34,635 bases of DNA from a virus, in IMG/VR virus record IMGVR_UViG_3300045988_077051; one strand, written 5' to 3'. A program made the position numbers and the translations under genes. This document shows, one piece after another, positions 33,039 to 34,635 of the stretch (its first letter is position 1; each line of letters begins with the position of its first letter). Under the pieces are notes generated by a model. That model was not told where the DNA came from, did no database searches, and saw nothing but the letters and a program-made list of their open reading frames with translations.

Positions 33039-33509
33039 TTATTCCTCACTTTCTTCATCATTTTCATTGTCAAAATATATTTTTTCTTCTGTCTGACTTT
33101 TAATATTTTTCACTAAAGGCAGTAAGAATGTTGGTATTGTGACTCCTATATCTACTATGTTTTCTAAAATACTTATTAGCTCATTGCATGTTATCCAAAT
33201 TGCGACTATGCAGCTTATCAGGAATGTAAATGGTAATGTGATTCCTGCCGTCTGAGATGCATATAGAATAAGCTGGTCAATTATTGCACCGACTACTACC
33301 AACAGCCACATTGATACTTTCTTTGCTATTCCTCTAAAACTCTTATATGAGCTTATTGTTCCGTCTGCTCTGTACTTTGCAGCCATCAGGCCTGTTGCAT
33401 AATCAATAATGTTGCAAAGTACCATTAGTAATGTAGGAATGTATAACACTCCTAACAAGGAAGACAATGTGCTTCCTATTGCTGTAATGATTGGTTTAAT
33501 GTGTTTCAT
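33039..33509 (-). CDS. Holin (phage_holin_4/TcdE-like)
   Basis: 156 aa with several TM segments and an acidic C-terminus, immediately upstream of the amidase. ...NIIDYATGLMAAKY...SSYKSFRGIAKKV... is a typical motif. Confidence 0.75.
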   Translation of the reverse strand: MKHIKPIITAIGSTLSSLLGVLYIPTLLMVLCNIIDYATGLMAAKYRADGTISSYKSFRGIAKKVSMWLLVVVGAIIDQLILYASQTAGITLPFTFLISCIVAIWITCNELISILENIVDIGVTIPTFLLPLVKNIKSQTEEKIYFDNENDEESEE

Positions 33510-33540
33510 GTATTTTCTCCTTCTTTATGTTTTTCGATAA

Positions 33541-33562
33541 TAGAAAAAGACCTTTCGGTCCT
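33541..33562 (-). terminator. Modest intrinsic terminator between the fibre module and the lysis cassette
   Basis: Minus RNA AGGACC-GAAA-GGUCUU followed by UUUCUAUUAU. Confidence 0.45.
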
Positions 33563-33583
33563 GCTCGTATTTGCTTCATGGGA

Positions 33584-33772
33584 TTAGTCCAATTCTTCTA
33601 TACGATTTTCATTTTCAATCTTTTCATCTGTTTCAACGTATTCTCTTTCAATATCTATTGGATCTATAGCATCCGAATACTGTACTCCATCACATTCAAT
33701 ATAAAATTCTAAATCTGAATAAGTATGGTTAAATTTCGTTTCATTTATGATTATTACTTCTTTAATTACCAT
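33584..33772 (-). CDS. Hypothetical small acidic protein
   Basis: 62-aa ORF between the fibre genes and the holin. Confidence 0.45.
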   Translation of the reverse strand: MVIKEVIIINETKFNHTYSDLEFYIECDGVQYSDAIDPIDIEREYVETDEKIENENRIEELD

Positions 33773-33786
33773 GTCTTTACCTCTTT

Positions 33787-34416
33787 CTATTCTGTATACG
33801 CACTTAATGGCTTAATCTGACTTGCATACACAGACCAATTAGTCGCTGTTTTGTACTGCTCTACAAGTTCATCAGGAACATAAATATATCCTGCTTTGTT
33901 AGCTATAGCTGTATTTTTAAACGCGTTGCTATTTGATAATGTACATATTTTTGATGGGTTTGTTAATTTTATGATTGTCAATGCTGTGCATCCGTAAAAA
34001 GCATAAGAACCTATACTTGTACATGCTGGTAAGTCTATGCTTGTTAACGATTTGCAACTGTAAAAAGCATAATTAACTATACTTGTACACGCTGGTAAGT
34101 TTATACTCGTCAACGTTGTGCAACTGTTAAAAGCAGAAGTACCTATACTTGTACATGCTGGCAAGTTTATGCTTGTTAACGATTTGCAGTCGTCAAAAGC
34201 AGAAGTACCTATACTTGTACATGCTGACAAGTTTATACTTTTTAACTTTGTGCAACTGTAAAAAGCATAAGAATTTATATTTGTCAAAGCTCCATCACTA
34301 AACTCTTCAATATTTCCACTAATTAATTCCCGCAAATTTATATTGTTATTATTCAAATTCATATTAAGGCATGTATTTATTTTTTTAACGCTTGTCACTA
34401 CAGGATTTTCAATCAT
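33787..34416 (-). CDS. Stand-alone BspA-type LRR protein (209 aa), paralog of the fibre C-terminus
   Basis: The start is set at ATG 34416 (RBS GAGAGGTG). Five LTSI(N/D)LPACTSI...AF..C units. The last ~65 aa are almost identical to the fibre C-terminus. Confidence 0.75.
   Translation of the reverse strand: MIENPVVTSVKKINTCLNMNLNNNNINLRELISGNIEEFSDGALTNINSYAFYSCTKLKSINLSACTSIGTSAFDDCKSLTSINLPACTSIGTSAFNSCTTLTSINLPACTSIVNYAFYSCKSLTSIDLPACTSIGSYAFYGCTALTIIKLTNPSKICTLSNSNAFKNTAIANKAGYIYVPDELVEQYKTATNWSVYASQIKPLSAYTE
33888..33986. repeat. Paralogous copy of the terminal 99-mer (98/99) inside the second LRR gene
   Basis: Same sequence except g at 33893 (a in the terminal copies). It is part of a ~200-bp near-identical 3' block shared by the two LRR genes. 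Confidence 0.9.
33987..34270 (-). repeat. 69-bp tandem DNA repeats encoding LRR units
   Basis: ctatacttgtaca(c/t)gctgg(t/c)aagt(t/c)tat(a/g)ct... recurs every ~69 bp. Confidence 0.85.
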
Positions 34417-34432
34417 TTTTACACCTCTCTTT

Positions 34433-34635
34433 CTATTCTTCTGTATACGCACTTAATGGTTTAATTTGACTTGCATACACAGACCAATTAGTCGCTGTTT
34501 TGTACTGCTCTATTAATTCATCAGGAACATAAATATATCCTACTTTGTTAGCTATAGCTGTATTTTTAAACGCGTTGCTATTTGATAATGTACATATTTT
34601 TGATGGGTTTGTTAATTTTATGATTGTCAATGCTG
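34433..34635 (-). CDS. C-terminal end of the wrapped tail fibre gene (same gene as 1..1294)
   Basis: ORF 34433..34630 is in the same frame as the open frame of 1..1294 after mapping 34537->1. It ends ...WSVYASQIKPLSAYTEE*. Confidence 0.8.
   Translation of the reverse strand, partial: ALTIIKLTNPSKICTLSNSNAFKNTAIANKVGYIYVPDELIEQYKTATNWSVYASQIKPLSAYTEE
34537..34635. repeat. Terminal overlap copy 2 (identical to 1-99)
   Basis: Same 99-mer as 1-99. The length is typical of an assembler k-mer overlap on a circular contig. Confidence 0.95.

Larger units (their letters stand above)
1..34635. mobile_element. Complete temperate siphovirus-type phage genome, circular map (unique length 34,536 bp)
   Basis: Full set of lysogeny, replication, packaging, head, tail and lysis modules. 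There is an exact 99-bp overlap of the window ends. Integrase and lysis genes are adjacent across an attP-like region. Confidence 0.85.

Noticed and set aside
33787-34635. Diversity-generating retroelement targeting the duplicated fibre C-termini
   Set aside because: No reverse transcriptase gene exists anywhere in the window. The differences between copies are not adenine-specific.
1-34635. Alternative genetic code (stop-codon reassignment), as seen in some gut phages
   Set aside because: All recognisable genes are full length and tightly packed under the standard code, with TAA, TAG and TGA all used as terminators.

Overview
The window is a complete temperate siphovirus-type phage genome from a low-GC Firmicute (Clostridia-like codon usage and AT-richness). 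It closes on itself. Bases 1-99 are identical to 34537-34635, and a tail-fibre gene reads in frame across that junction, giving a unique length of 34,536 bp.

integrase-attP-lysis adjacency shows the excised or replicative (phage) configuration, not an integrated prophage. Almost everything is on the minus strand. Reading that strand 5'->3' (high to low coordinates):
- Genetic switch and early genes: MOR/Cro-like HTHs, Xis-like HTH, YqaJ exonuclease, DUF1351, RecT, resolvase, DUF4373 replisome organiser with internal iterons, HNH endonuclease, C5 DNA methyltransferase.
- A small-gene region with a consensus promoter.
- A sigma-region-4-like late regulator.
- Packaging and head genes: terS, terL, portal, MuF-like head protein fused to an HExxH domain, a terminator-insulated accessory cassette, scaffold, capsid and connectors.
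- Tail genes: major tail, G/G-T chaperones with a -1 frameshift, a Com-like zinc-ribbon ORF, tape measure, Dit-like, Tal, and a BppU-N/coiled-coil/BspA-type LRR fibre.
- A second LRR-only paralog, then holin and amidase.

The plus-strand lysogeny module (29077-32174) encodes a CI-like repressor, an ImmA-like protein, a secreted Big_2 protein and a tyrosine integrase.

Most noteworthy:
1. A lambda PR-prime/tR-prime-like promoter-leader-terminator upstream of terS, plus several intrinsic terminators inside the late gene string.
2. A perfect consensus promoter with an embedded inverted repeat driving two tiny membrane peptides and an RHH protein.
3. The MuF-metallopeptidase fusion and the insulated DUF4406-like/YjcQ cassette.
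4. An unannotated Com-like zinc-ribbon gene in front of the tape measure gene.
5. LRR receptor-binding modules duplicated in tandem with a near-identical 3' block.

All family names come from motif recognition by eye. No database or HMM search was possible.
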